This document shows, in pieces, positions 1 to 12,054 of a stretch of DNA of 64,000 nt. Position 1 is the first letter of the stretch, and each line of letters opens with the position of its first letter. The stretch covers positions 35,526,001 to 35,590,000 of the forward strand of contig CM069133.1 of the NCBI GenBank assembly GCA_035221665.1. The letters run 5' to 3'. A program made the position numbers and the translations under genes. Under the pieces are notes generated by a model. It had not been told where the DNA came from and did not search any database. It was given only the letters and a program-made list of their open reading frames with translations. Source of the DNA: Okamejei kenojei (Eukaryota).

Positions 1-149
1 CTCCACTGGCACTGAGTGAACTATATGCGCGGACCGCAGCTCTCTGTCCTCCGGACCCACCACGTCGCTTCCCCACATTCTTCCCCCTAAAGGTAATATT
101 TCACAATCATCAGCATTGAATTAACACCGGTGGCCATCCTCCAAACACC

Positions 150-331
150 TCCCACTCTCCCTCCCCCTTTCTGTCTCTCTCTTCCTCCCTTGCCTCCTTC
201 CCTCCCTTGCCTCCTTCCCTCCCTCCCTCCCTCCCTCCCTCCCTCGCTCCCTCTCTCCATCCCTTCATCTCTCCCTCCCTCCCTCTCTCCGTCATTCCCT
301 CTTTCCCTCCCTCCCTCTCTTCTTCCCTCCC
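150..331. repeat. (CCCT)n-like pyrimidine-rich simple repeat
   Basis: Degenerate ccct/cctt tandem run; source of the low-complexity ORFs 110..295 and 130..348. Confidence 0.9.
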
Positions 332-1648
332 AGGTTAGACGAGTTTAGATGAATCGCCTTCCATCACAGTGAGGAATGTGGAGGAGTCACTGTGGTGGAT
401 GTTCATGTTAACATGAATTGTCTGTGTTTTGTTGCTTTCTTTTGGTATGAATGTATGGCAAATCAAATTTCTCGTATGTTGCAAATCATACTTGGCTAAC
501 AAATTATCATTATAATTATGATTAAGATTATGATGGAGCCAGACAGCCATTCAGCATCAAAAACTACCCTTCGGCCCACCATGTGCATGCTGACCGTCAG
601 ATACCAGCAATTGGGCCGTAGCCTTTTACACCTTGGTAAATCATGTTCACATGTACCGTGAGAGTACCCGTCTGCACTACTCTCTCCGGCAGAGGGAGTT
701 TCGAGGGATAATGGGTCCGGCATGTGAATACAACAGAAAGTGCTGGAGGGACAGGCAGCATTTGTGAAAGGAATGGTTCGGCATTTCGGGTCGGTACGAG
801 GATTTGTTGGTAGATAGGTATAGATCAGTTTCAAATATGGATTAAATACACGGGGGGAAAGTACAGAGTAAAACGCAGGACACCGAAGAACATTGACTTG
901 CAGAGGTATCTTGTTGGGAAGCAAATCCTCAGCCCTCTGAAAGCGGCAGGACATGGGCATAGTGTTGAGGAACGATTGAGACGTTTAGAATGGAAGTGGT
1001 GGACTTCACGTGGAGACGTAAGAAACTGCAGATGCTGGATTTTGTTTCTCCCACGATCCCACCAGAGATGGTAACGAGACAAAATGGCGTAAGCTGAAGA
1101 GAGAAAATTAGTGAAGTGTAAATTCACAGGGAGGGATATCGATGGAAAAAGATATGGCTGGGAAAGGGGAGCGGGATAGTGGGAGAAACAGATTTTAGCA
1201 TCTGCAGCTTCTTGCAATGTATTCAAGGGAATGACGTCCAACATACCCATTCTAAACGTCTCAATCTTGCCTCAAATCTATGCCCATGTCATTTGGGGGT
1301 GAAAATGTGCCGCCACTTCCAGAGAAGCTAAGATTTGCATCCCAAGATCCCCTCTGCAAATCATTGTTCTTAAGATTCTTCTGCATTAACTCTGTGCTTT
1401 CCACCCAGTGTTTCTCAAACATAAATTTGAAACTGGAATCCACATGCTGCTATATATTCCCTTACAACCGACCTCCTATCCACAACACTCCAATGTTGCG
1501 TGGTCAATCTGCAAACTTAATGAATCAGCCCACTGGACATATCCAATCCAAACCTCGGGAGAACTACACGAGAGGGGGAAATATCAGGAAAGAAAACGAA
1601 AAATCAAAACAAAGACGCGGTAATCGTGTCACCCAGAAACCACGTTAC

Positions 1649-1709
1649 CTGAAAACCCCGACTGAGACGGAGATCAGGAAGGTGCAGAGTAAACCCAGAT
1701 AGAGCGCAT
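1649..1709 (-). pseudogene. Degenerate signal-peptide exon of a third Siglec-15-like paralogue (gene C); rest of gene would lie left of the window
   Basis: Minus strand reads gtgaggaggacaccacactgaagtgttgggtgtg-ATGCGCTCTATCTGGGTTTA-CTCTGCACCTTCCTGATCTCCGTCTCAGTC...AG|GTAACG. It is homologous to the leaders at 51279 and 39584 and is also 61 nt, but a 1-nt deletion gives an in-frame TGA at codon 12. Confidence 0.7.
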
Positions 1710-2107
1710 CACACCCAACACTTCAGTGTGGTGTCCTCCTCACCCACTTCTGTTAAATTTGTTGATACTGAAGTCGGTCAAGTATTTCATAATTTCGTAA
1801 TAATGGAACACCGATGGTGTTTGCACTTCAGCTTGTCATGGGTCTGCGAGTCCCCTGCTACAGAAACATCTCCTCGGCCCAGCACATGATTCTTCTCATC
1901 GATCCACAACTCGGTTTAATTTCCATTTACCACCTAGCACTCAGTGGACATAGGACAGAATTTAGGACTGACGCCCCCCCATCAGTCCCCTCTGCCATTT
2001 AATCATGGCTGATCGATTTTTATTCACTTCCGATCCCCATTTTCCTCCTTCATCTTCCTCCCCAAACCTGTGACGCCCACAAATTCAAATACCTACCATC
2101 CTCCCAG

Positions 2108-2763
2108 TGAGGATAAAGTGATTAAACCCCATTAATGTAAGGAGTTTTTTAAAGAGAATGTCGAACTGAGAGGGGCCGGAGAGAGGGGTTCGACACAGAT
2201 GTGTCTAAATGTTACCAGAACCCACCTTGAGTCCTAGAGTCAGAAGTAATAGCATTGGAAAACAGCGGTAGAAGGGAGTGATGTCGAGAGATCCCTATCA
2301 GTGGAATGGTTGATAGATGGGACCCTTGTCACTATAGCTAGACTTTAGTACTGATATAGGGTAACTGAGAGGGTTCACAAGGAGTGAGTACAACTAGGGT
2401 AGGTCATAGCAACTGACATGCTTATAGAATAAATGAATAGTACAACACAGAAACACACCCCAGTCCAAGAATATGCTTATTACCATGAACATGTTTGAAC
2501 ATGCGAATGTATGATTTAGGAGGAGTCAGGTGATGTACGGTGGGATGTACCTACAGATTGGTGCACCTCCGACCCTGATTGGAGAAGGGTCACGGAGGGA
2601 GGTTGAATGTAAAATTCGGTGTAATAAAGGGGGAAGACTTCTTTGCTTCGGTGTTCTCGACTTGGAAGGCACCCGGGTCTGCAGAGTCGTGAGGAATAAA
2701 GAACTCTTGCTTCCAAGATTTAATCTTAGACGGTGATAGTGAGCACAAAGCCGTATCTTCACA
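2108..2763 (+). repeat. ERV 5' LTR
   Basis: tgagga...tgattaaaccccattaa...gaggaataaagaactc...cgtatcttcaca; colinear with 9064-9722 and carries AATAAA near 2695. Confidence 0.92.
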
Positions 2764-2765
2764 AA

Positions 2766-2782
2766 TGGGGCTCGTCCGGGAT
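2766..2782 (+). promoter_or_regulatory. Primer-binding site, tRNA-Pro
   Basis: tggggctcgtccgggat, 2 nt after the LTR; matches the tRNA-Pro PBS TGGGGGCTCGTCCGGGAT with one G missing. Confidence 0.9.
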
Positions 2783-2949
2783 CGCCACTCCGGCTGCTTG
2801 GTGGAGGCAAAGAAAGGAGGGGAAGGTGACCCTGCTGATTCAGCAGTCTCCGATCTCCTTGCTTGCCAACAGCATGTGAGCGAGTGATATTCGGTTGGAA
2901 AGACTCGGGAATAGTCCGACGAGACGATTGGAACCGGAACGAGAAAGTA

Positions 2950-4000
2950 ATGGTCCGGGGAAACAGGATGAGGCTCATACTGATATGGAGCCGAACATTC
3001 CGCCCGATAGTCTGTTGGGGGCAAATGTTGTATGTGATGGGGTGGAAGGGAGCACCACCGGGTAAGAGTAAGGAAACTATGATAAAGTTTTGTTACGGTT
3101 GAATGGCCAATAGGAGCCTATTCGAGGGGCGCGCAGTGTGGTGGGCCCGGGCGTTGGGTTCAAATGAGGACTGGTGAGACAGGCGTTGAATGTTTTTGTG
3201 GAATGAAAGACAAACACCGAATCCCAAATAGAAAAGGAATATGATGCACAGTGCTGTGCGAAACCCAATAATGGGATGTTTCCGATAAAGACGGAAAGAG
3301 AGCAGATGAACCTGACTGGCCACCAATTGGTGATGATCACCTACGGAGACTGCCCCCGTCATATGAATCCCAGCCCCAAATATACATCCCTCAGCGCCGG
3401 CTGCATCTGCCCAGGAGGTCCCACTAAGCCAGAGCGGATCGGCAGTAAACCTGTCCGCTCCTGTCTCAGAAGAGACAGATAGTAAGAGAATCACGGAGAG
3501 TAGAGAAAAAACAGGGTGAAAGAAAACTGTGATCAAAAACAATAGAACGTGAAGGCAGAGCCAGTCAGATAAGGAAGAGGAAATAAAAAAGTGAGGACGA
3601 GAGATGGGACGGTGTCCCAGGCAGTAGTCGGATGACGCGATCTCAAAACGAGGGCAGCGGAACAAAGATTAGACCGATCTGTTCAAATGAAAGCCCCTCA
3701 GGGAGGTCCCGTTATGGGGGAAATGTGGGGGGGGGGGGGGGGGGGGGGGGGGGTGTGATATGTAAATGTTCCTCTCACCGGTATGAGGTGAGGAACTTTA
3801 AAAGGAGATGAAAAATTTATTAGAAGACACCTTGGGACTGGCTGAACAAATAGATCAGTACCTAGGGCCAAATATATGTACCGGGAAGAAATGATAGGGA
3901 ATTCCCTCTTTCTCTGCCACAGAAAGTAAAATAAAGTTGAGGCCATTGTCGTTGGTCATATTTAAGAGGAGTTCGATGTGGCCCTTGTGGCTGAAGGGAT

Positions 4001-4059
<59 letters not shown>

Positions 4060-5470
4060 GGGGGGGGGTGATGGAGAGAAGGCAGGTACCGGATACTGAA
4101 TTGGATGATCAGCCATGATTATATTGAATGGAGGTGCAGGTTCGAGGGGCTGAATGGCCTGCTCCTGCACCTAATTCTATGTTTCTATGTTTTTATGAAA
4201 ATAATTGAGTTGTTTCAAACAATCTCATTGAAGTAAGAATGGAACTAATGAGATGTAAAAACCGGTTTTGTATGAATGAGGAAGTTTGTATATGTGAACA
4301 GGTTTGTTTGCTGTGGTCCACATGCTGTAAGGGTAATGTGTGTGTGGTTCCTTAAGAAATTGTAAGCAATGGGGGAGGTTATTGTAAGGTAACGGACAAC
4401 GCTTTGTATCATCACAACTTAAAAAGGGGAAGTTGGAAAATGTAGGTTGCTTGGCTTTCTATAAGATTTCTTTTCATAAGGTTAATTTTGGAAAAATTGT
4501 TAGTCGAAAGTATTTAAACTAGGAATTAAGATTTTGGGAATTGTAGGGGAATGGTTTGAACAAAATTAGAAATAAGTTAATTGCTGAACAACAAGCAGCT
4601 TTTATGGTTTGTTTAGATAAACATTCTGGTTGGAGAAGGGTAATAAATTAATGGGGCCCAGGAAAAAAAAGGAGTTGGCAGACAATGATGTCACTAATGG
4701 GAAGTTTGGTGTTTACTTCAGAAAAAGACAGATGGTCAGACAGGCTGAGAAGGGGTTACAGGGCTCAAGCGGGAGCAGCAGATGCGGGAGCAGTAAAATA
4801 TCCCATTACTGCAGCGATTGGAGTAACCAAACAGAAGAAGTATGAAGATCTCAGGAAGATAATAATCAAGGAAATCAGAGAAGCCGTTCCCAAGGGACAG
4901 AATTTCGAACGGGCTTTTGAGAATCAGCAGAAACAAGGACGAACCTCCGACAGTGTTCTTACAAAGGTTGAGGAGGAATGTCCAGCAGTATTCGGGCTAT
5001 AGACCCTGATTCAGACGCAGGTCAGCGTTGCTAAAGGTAAATTTTGTAACAAAATCATGGCCAGATATTAGAAAGAAATTGGAAAATTGGAAGATTGGAA
5101 TGGCAAACCATTGAATCAATTGTTAACAACAGAGGCTCAAAAGGTATATGTAAGACGGCATGAGGAGAAACAGAAGGAAAGGCAAAAAATGATGTTGCAA
5201 GCAGTACAGCAAGGAGTACAGAAGGGGTTAATCGAAGGTGAAGAAGGCCCGGGTGCTCATGGAGACCGGGAAAGGGAAGCGGTAGTATTGGAGGACGAGG
5301 AAGAGGTGAATGGAGGGACCGAAGTTGGGGTCCCCGGGAAAACAAGGAAACAAGGATCAGGAGGGTGGTACACGGGGCCATCCTGGTGTTACTATTGTAA
5401 CGAGAGGGTCATTTCAAGAGGGAAGTCCCAGGCTACGACGGGAGGTGCAGTCGTACACACTCATAGGAGG
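2950..5470 (+). pseudogene. gag: ERV gag remnant (MA, CA, NC), frameshifted and interrupted at about 3905-4690
   Basis: Read across frameshifts: IPPDSLLGQML..KSKETMIKFC (MA), PLREVPMG..EVRNFK..LGLAEQIDQYLGPNI and IREAVPKGQNFERAF..NFVTKSWPDIRKKLEKLEDW (CA), and a CYYC zinc-knuckle start near 5385. Confidence 0.8.
3905..4197 (+). mobile_element. CR1 LINE 3' fragment inserted in ERV gag
   Basis: ggatgatcagccatgat...gcctgctcctgcacct...(tttctatg)n tail, same family as the 44700-44800 end; contains a long poly-G run. Confidence 0.85.
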
Positions 5471-5499
5471 AAGAAAAGGGTAGTCGGGGGTCCTGCTCC

Positions 5500-7100
5500 C
5501 CGGGGGTGTAATGGAATACACACGGGAACCTCTGGTAAACTTGAAATTTAGGACCACAGGGAGAGGATATGGTATTTATGGTAGATTCGGGAGCAGAGAG
5601 ATCGAGTGTAAACTAAGGTACCGGAAGAATGAGATTGGGTGAAAAACAAGTTAGAATCTCAGGGGTAGAAGGGAAAGTGATGATATTACCCGAGGTAGAA
5701 GGGGTGGGATGGTAAAATATGAGGATCGAGATATCATACAGTGGAAGATTTTAAAAGGAAGGTGAATAAATTTGCAAAGGAGTGATAAACTATCTGAGAA
5801 GTTAAGACATTTGAAGTTAGATGAAGAAAGAAGGCAGATCAGAAAGGATTAAAGTGGGAAGCAGAGGATACATTGATGAGACTGCTTTAGAAAGAAAGAG
5901 CGTGAAAAAGGAGAGACAATGTTGTCAGTAACAACAGACCTGGTGAAAAGTCTGAAAATAAGTGATGCACCGACACACAGTTGAGTCCCAATGACAGAGC
6001 CAACAGGGGCCAGAGATTCCATGCCAAAATAAATATATTTGGGAGAGTGTTTTTTCTCAAAAGCCCAGCGGGAGTGAAATAAATCTGGATCTAAGCCCAG
6101 ACAAGGCTAGTAAGGAGATAGGTAATGGATAAGGTGTGTTGGGATGTGAACAGTACGATAATCAGGAAATAATAATAAGAATATTATAATAAAATAATAA
6201 ATAATAATGAATAATAATAATAATAATAATTATAATGATAATAATAATATTAAGATAATGGTGAACATAGCAATGGCAAGAACATTAAGAAGAGGTATTA
6301 AATACACCTAGGCTAGGATGCAGCAGTGTTTTAAATACTAGCGCCGTGTTTTTTAAATCAAAGAAATGTTGTAGCAGATTTGGAAGGTGTTGATATAGTA
6401 TGTGAATGATTTGTTGGTTTGTTTCCACAAGTGAGGAGCAATGTGAGAGAGAGAACCATTGTAATTATCTTGGAAAAGTGTGGCACAGGAGGTCATGAAA
6501 GTATCAAGGAAGAGGTTTTTGTCTTGTCAGCAGCAGGTAGAATATTTTGGACGAGTAAATATCTAAAGAAGTAAATCTATAGCGCCAGGATCAAATTGGA
6601 AGCTTGCCTGCAATCTTGCTGTAGCACAATTGGCCGAGAAATTAAGGCTTTAAGAGCACATATGTACATGGAGTCTGCACATGTTTGGAGCAGTAGGGAA
6701 ACAGAAAGACCTCTTCTGATAAAAGCAACGCGAGACCCCATGCAAAGGCAGCAGTGTCTCCCTATGAAATGTTGTTTGAGTTATCCTTATTTGGGAAAGA
6801 TAAAGGAATACCCACCATAGAGGGCAGTGATGTATCTTAAGGAACTATTTACTGGCAGTATCTCGTTCCCTTACAGAATTAAAAGCTAAAGGACTATTGG
6901 CTCAAAGCCCACCACTCACTTTCCGATACATGCTGTAAAGGCCGGCGACTGGGTTTACTGGTCAAGAATTGGAAGGAGAGAGAAACTCCAGCCCAGGTGG
7001 ACCGAACGTACCTAGTATTACTGACAACCGAGACAGCAATACGAACAAAAGAAAAGGGTGGACCCACGTGATCCGGTTAAAGGACCCGTCGATCCACCCT
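5500..7100 (+). pseudogene. pol: ERV pro-pol remnant: protease, short RT fragment and integrase C-terminus; most of pol deleted
   Basis: MVFMVDSGAERSSV aspartyl-protease motif near 5570-5610; degenerate RT (..QQQVEYFGR) near 6300-6560; SPYEMLF..VKAGDWV..KLQPRWT..LVLLTTETAIRTKEKG near 6755-7060. Confidence 0.75.
6165..6260. repeat. (AAT)n microsatellite
   Basis: aataataat run inside the ERV pol region. Confidence 0.9.
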
Positions 7101-7192
7101 CCCTGATGAGGAGGAACAGTTGGATGGTGAAGCCAGGAAGCAAACCCCTAACATAATTTTTTTTAAAAAAGCATTGAATGTATAACTGACAG

Positions 7193-8956
7193 TATGAAAG
7201 GAGCAGTCGTGGTAATTGTTTGTTTTGTATGTAATTGTGGTAAAGGTATTAATAATTGCGATAAAATGTTATCATCCTAACCAATACAGAGCGACAACCA
7301 GATCATTTACCTATCATTCCCATGTGAACAATGTAAATGCCATAACCAGAAGACTACAACTATTTGTGAAGAGGGGGAAAGGAGTATTTGATGTAGGCAA
7401 TATGGGGTAGATAGAGACGTTGGGCCCGTTACCTGCCCAAGGGGAGAGAGATGGTTTGTGTAGCCAAGGCAGGACAGTGGTTAGGTAGAGTTTCCCTTTT
7501 CAGATCGTAAAATGGGCAATGGATAAGATGAAAGAGGAAGTAATAAAAGAGTTTTACAGAAGTAGTAGTCACCAAGCCTCCCCCTCCCCCACCTACTCAG
7601 CCTCAATTGCACCAGACACTGTACCAAGAGATAAAGAAGCAGATTGGAGATCCCTGAAGGAGAAAAAAAACTGTTTGTGGACTTGGCCTCTCCGGATAGC
7701 TGGAATCCTGAATGTGACTAACTGCTAGGGTCTGTGGCGGACCACTGATGAGCTCACGTTGGCTGTGGAGGGATCCATTATTGAAGTATGGGACCTGATG
7801 GAGTGGAACCTGACTGTTGGACAAGACCGAGATCCCCAGGCATGGGTCCTGACAGACGCTCCGGTAGGGACTGAGTGTATCGCTAGGCCCTTTGGGCAAA
7901 GGATGCCGTCCTAGTAGGCAGCCGCCCCTGCCAGCGCATCGTCACCCATGGCCAAATCAGTCCCGATGTGGTGGCCAGAAGAAGCCTAAATGGGTATCCA
8001 ACTAAGAAATACGGGAAAAACTGCGCTATCTGGATGAAGACTGATGGAATGGAATCGACTGGACTATGGAACTGCACCGGAACAACCCTTATCAAGGAAT
8101 CCCAGTGTGTAGCGAGACATATGGAACAAGGTTACCTCTAGAGGGACCAGCCCCTGAAGGACTGTTAGGAGATGCGGATACAAGGCATACTCGGTGTTAC
8201 CGATAAATTGGAGTGGGACTTAACTTTATTGGACTGGTACAAATCTGGATTTTTCCTGTTAAACACCGAAGAAGGCCGGTCTCGCTAGGAACACCTGTAT
8301 TAGACGACCTGTATCGGAAAAAGAGGAAAATAGACATTGGAGAATGGAAAGATGATGAATGGCCACCAGCAAGAATCATCTCATACTACGGACCACCACT
8401 TGGGCACAGGATGGATCCTGGGGCTACCGAACACCAGTATACATGTTAAACCGGATCATAAGGCTTCAGGCAGTACTGGAGGTAAATTACCAACCAAACT
8501 GCGGGGGCACTGGAGATGCTGGCAAAGCAGCAGACACAGATGAGAGCAGCGATTACCAGAAACAGGTTAGCCCTAGATATACACTCCTGCAGAAGAAGGA
8601 GGGGTATGCGGAAATTCAACCTCTCTAATTGCATGTTTGAACATCGATGATAATGGACAGGCAGTGAAGGACATATCAGAAGGATCCGTAAGTTGGCACA
8701 TGTTCCAATACAAAAGTGAATTCGATTTATGGAAACCCAATGGTGGATTCCATCCTCGGAGGAACATGGTGGAGAACGGTGGGACTCGTGTTTTCTATGT
8801 GCAGAGGCTGGACTGATCTTTATCCCCTGTTGCATCCCTTGTTTTAAGGGAACTTATACCAGAAGTATCAGTCAGCTGCAGGCTGTAGTCATGCCTATGG
8901 GAGAGAAACAGGGGAAATACATAGAAATAAAGATAATGTGCCAGGGAGGTCCATGA
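7193..8956 (+). pseudogene. env: ERV env remnant, ERV3/HERV-I type
   Basis: RKKR furin site followed by IGEWKDDEWPPARIISYYGP.TWAQDGSWGYRTPVYMLNRIIRLQAVLEV, an immunosuppressive-domain-like YQ(N)RLALD..EEGGVCGKFNLSNC segment, and a TM region (LIFIPCCIPC); several frameshifts. Confidence 0.88.
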
Positions 8957-9043
8957 TCTACAGGAAAAGAAGATTAGGACAATTTATGTCAATTCGAGTT
9001 GAGGGAACTTGAAATGGTGGTTTACTATAAGTATATGCGTAGC

Positions 9044-9062
9044 AAAAGAAAAAGGGAGGAGA
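9044..9062 (+). promoter_or_regulatory. Polypurine tract
   Basis: aaaagaaaaagggaggaga just before the 3' LTR. Confidence 0.85.
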
Positions 9063-9063
9063 T

Positions 9064-9722
9064 TGAGGGATTTAAAATGATTAAACCCCATTAAAGTAAG
9101 GAGTTTTAAAGAGAATTCAAAAACTGAGAGGGGCCGGAGAGAGGGTTTCTGACACAACGCTGTGTCTAAAGGTTACCAGACCCCATCCTTGAGTCCTTGA
9201 GTAAGAAGTAATTGTATTGAAAGCGGTAGAAGGGAGTGATGTAGAGAGATCCCTATCAGTGGAATGGAGTGATAGATGGGACCCTAGTCCCACTATAAGC
9301 TAGCTTTTAGTACTGATATAGGGAACTGAGAGGGTTCACTAGGAGGTGAGTAAAACTAGGGTAGGTCATGACAAACTGAGCATGCTTAATAGAATAAATT
9401 AATATTACAACACACACCCCTGGCCAAGAAACTGCTCATTACCATGAACATGTTGAACATGCGATGTATGATATGGTCGAGGTGCGAGGGGATGTACAGT
9501 GGGATGTACCTACAGATTGTGCACCTCAGACCCTGATTGGAGAAGGGTCCGGAGGGGAGTTTGAATGTAAAATTCTGTGTATAAAGGGGGATGACTTCTT
9601 TGGCCTCGGTGTGTCTCGACTTGGAGAGGCACCCGGGTCTGCAGAGTCGTGAGGAATAAAGAACTCTTGCTTCCAAGATTTAGTCTTTGAGCGGTGATTG
9701 TGAGCACAAAGCGTATCTCACA
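9064..9722 (+). repeat. ERV 3' LTR
   Basis: Direct repeat of 2108-2763, ending gcgtatctcaca. Confidence 0.92.
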
Positions 9723-10484
9723 CTCCTCTTCAAAAACACCCAATTACGTCCTCCACAGCCGTCTGTGGCAATGGATTCCATAGGTTCGCCACCCTCTGGC
9801 TAAATAAATACCTCCACATTCTCACTCTAAATACCTGGTTCGTAACCTTCGGCGCCTTGGTAATTCTAATGAGCACACTGCAGCGACCGCTTCCCGGTTG
9901 CGAGAGTGCTCCTCTCCACCACCCACGCAGTCCGTGCACTGCAGGATCCAAATATACTGCAAATGAATAGTGCTCCCTAGATATCCTCCAAAAGGCTTAC
10001 TACATGGCTTACAACCACGACCTCTACTTGGCAAAAAATGTTCCTACACATTATCCTCTCCATGACCTGACTGACTAATATCGTCTACCTATTTCTTCAC
10101 CCCCCCCCCCCCCCCCCCCCCCAAACACTGCCAACACTGTCCCGTCGAATCCCTAGAATAAGAATCTCGGCTATGTCAATTAATCCTCATAAACGAAACA
10201 TGTTTTTACCCCAGCTAGTAATCTGATCAATCGTCTCCGTGTTCGGGCATGCAGTTATGCAGATAGCTCACAGCAATGTATAAATGCAATAATGTTAAAA
10301 AAAATTAAAGCCTCTAACATGTTATGTTCGTGTGCTCTCTTCAATGTGTTGGGAAATCCTGTTTTACTGATATGGATACTTATAGTTTACTTTAGGAATA
10401 GTGCATTGAAACAGGCCCTTGTTGGGCCCACTGAGTACACGTCGACCAACAATCACCCCGTATATTAATTCCATGTTATCCATG

Positions 10485-10848
10485 ATCTGAAGACCCGGGA
10501 CGTTCCCTTCAGATCAGAGGATACCGCAGTGTGCAAGAAGCGAGCTCTCCCTGGCCATCAAAAGAGCAAAGTGGGCCTACGCGCAGAAAATCCATGGCCA
10601 CGTCTGCGACACAAGGGACAGCAAACGTATGTGGCGGTGTATCCGGTCCATCGCGGACTATAAAGTAGCATCATATTCTATCAACAGCGACGCCCCCATC
10701 CGGCCAAGCTAAATTACTTCAATGCGCGCTTTGAGGTGCTTAACACCATGCCTGGGATGAAATCCACCACTACCCCCGAGGATCAGATAATAATCCTGGC
10801 TTCAGCCGACGTATGGAGAGTCCTAACCAGGGTCGATCCACGGAAACC
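10485..10848 (+). mobile_element. Rex1/Babar-like LINE ORF fragment
   Basis: Translates as LSLAIKRAKWAYAQKIHG..KRMWRCIRSIADYK..LNYFNARFE..ADVWRVLTRVDPRK, resembling the region between endonuclease and RT in this clade. Confidence 0.6.
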
Positions 10849-11480
10849 GATTAGGAAAAGGGGAGGTGCAACGAGACGCGGGTGTGCTTGTACAACAGTC
10901 ACTGAAAGTAAGCACGCGCGTACAGCAGGCAGCGAAGAAAGCTAATGGCATGTTGGCCTTCATTGCAAGAGGATTTGGGTTTAGAAGCATGGAGTTGTAG
11001 TTGTAGTTGTACAGTAGTCTGTATTGTAGTTGTATTGTAGTCTCCCGGTGAGACCGCACCTGGAGTGTTGTGTGCAATTTAGGTCTCCTAATTTGAGGAA
11101 GGACATTATTGTTATTGAGGAAGTACAACATTGGATCAACAGGTAAATTCCCGGGATGGAGGGACAGACATATGATGAATGAATGGGACGAATGAGCATG
11201 CATTCACTGGAATTTGGAATTTTAGAGGGGTTTTTATTTAAACATATAAAATTCTTAAGGGATTGGACAGGCTCGATAGAGGAAAAATGTTCCCGATGTT
11301 GGGTTAATCCATAACCAGGGGTCGCAGTTTAAGAATAAGGGGTAGGCCAATTAGGACTGAGATGGGGACAAACGTCTTCTCCCAGAGAGTTGTGAATCTG
11401 TGGCATTCTCTATCACAGAAGGCAGTGGAGAACAATTTACTGATGTTTTCAAGAGAGAGTTAGGTTTAGCTCGTATGGCC
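10849..11480 (+). mobile_element. CR1 LINE 3' fragment
   Basis: Homologous to the CR1 RT C-terminal region at 44050-44660 (gcgaagaaagctaatggcatgttggcc, gtgagaccgcacctggag). Confidence 0.85.
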
Positions 11481-12054
11481 CAGTTATCCCTATCAAGGGC
11501 AATCCTGATGAACACACCACTCCGAACCACAGCATTATAAAGTCGGTTGGTGTAACGGAAGCTGAAGCTAACGGAGTGTGGTCCAATTGTGCAGATGTGG
11601 TCACACTGTACAACATATGTAGCCCAGGAAGCTACAAATAACACTTATGATGGGGCCTCGTGCTGGTGAAGCAAGATATATGTAATGTGGGACAACCCCC
11701 TTGGAGAATGTTTCACTTTTTTCCTTGTGCTTCTCGGGCACTCAATCCTACATGTGACCGATTTCCTTTAGCGCCTGTTCAATGCTTGTTTGTAGGCAGC
11801 CAAATCAACCCGAATGTTATGGGTACAATTAATTGTGTTTAATCCAAAATCATTCACATCAGCTACGTAATTTAGTCCATTTTTTTTAGTCTCGTTTTGT
11901 TTAGATTAGAGATACCGCGTTGGAAAATGATTCTCGGCCCACCGAGTCCACGCCGATCAGCGATCACCCATATACTGGTTATATCCTGCACACTAGGGAC
12001 AATTTACACAGCTAATCAGTCTACAAACCCGCACGCCTCTGGAATGTGGGAGGA

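Larger units (their letters stand above)
2108..9722 (+). mobile_element. Defective endogenous retrovirus, HERV-I/ERV3-related (class I)
   Basis: Two about 655-bp direct LTRs with TG...CA ends, a PBS, a PPT, and decayed gag, pro, partial pol and env. It interrupts a minus-strand CR1 3' fragment (about 1950-2107 and 9723-9830). Confidence 0.93.

Noticed and set aside
1-86. Possible minus-strand exon of gene C after tttag|
   Set aside because: Only 86 nt are visible and the open frame (GRMWGSDVVGPEDREL..) shows no Ig motif.
110-348. ORFs 110..295 and 130..348
   Set aside because: Translations of a CCCT simple repeat.
2101-2107. ERV target-site duplication
   Set aside because: CTCC follows the 3' LTR but sits 3 nt away from the 5' LTR start, so no clean TSD can be called.
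2783-3700. Accessory ORFs upstream of ERV gag
   Set aside because: The region from about 2950 reads as frameshifted matrix-domain gag, not a separate gene.
3722-4068. Poly-Gly/poly-Pro ORFs from long G/C runs (also near 33480, 47600, 60420 and 62990)
   Set aside because: Homopolymer expansions or sequencing artefacts, mostly inside repeats.
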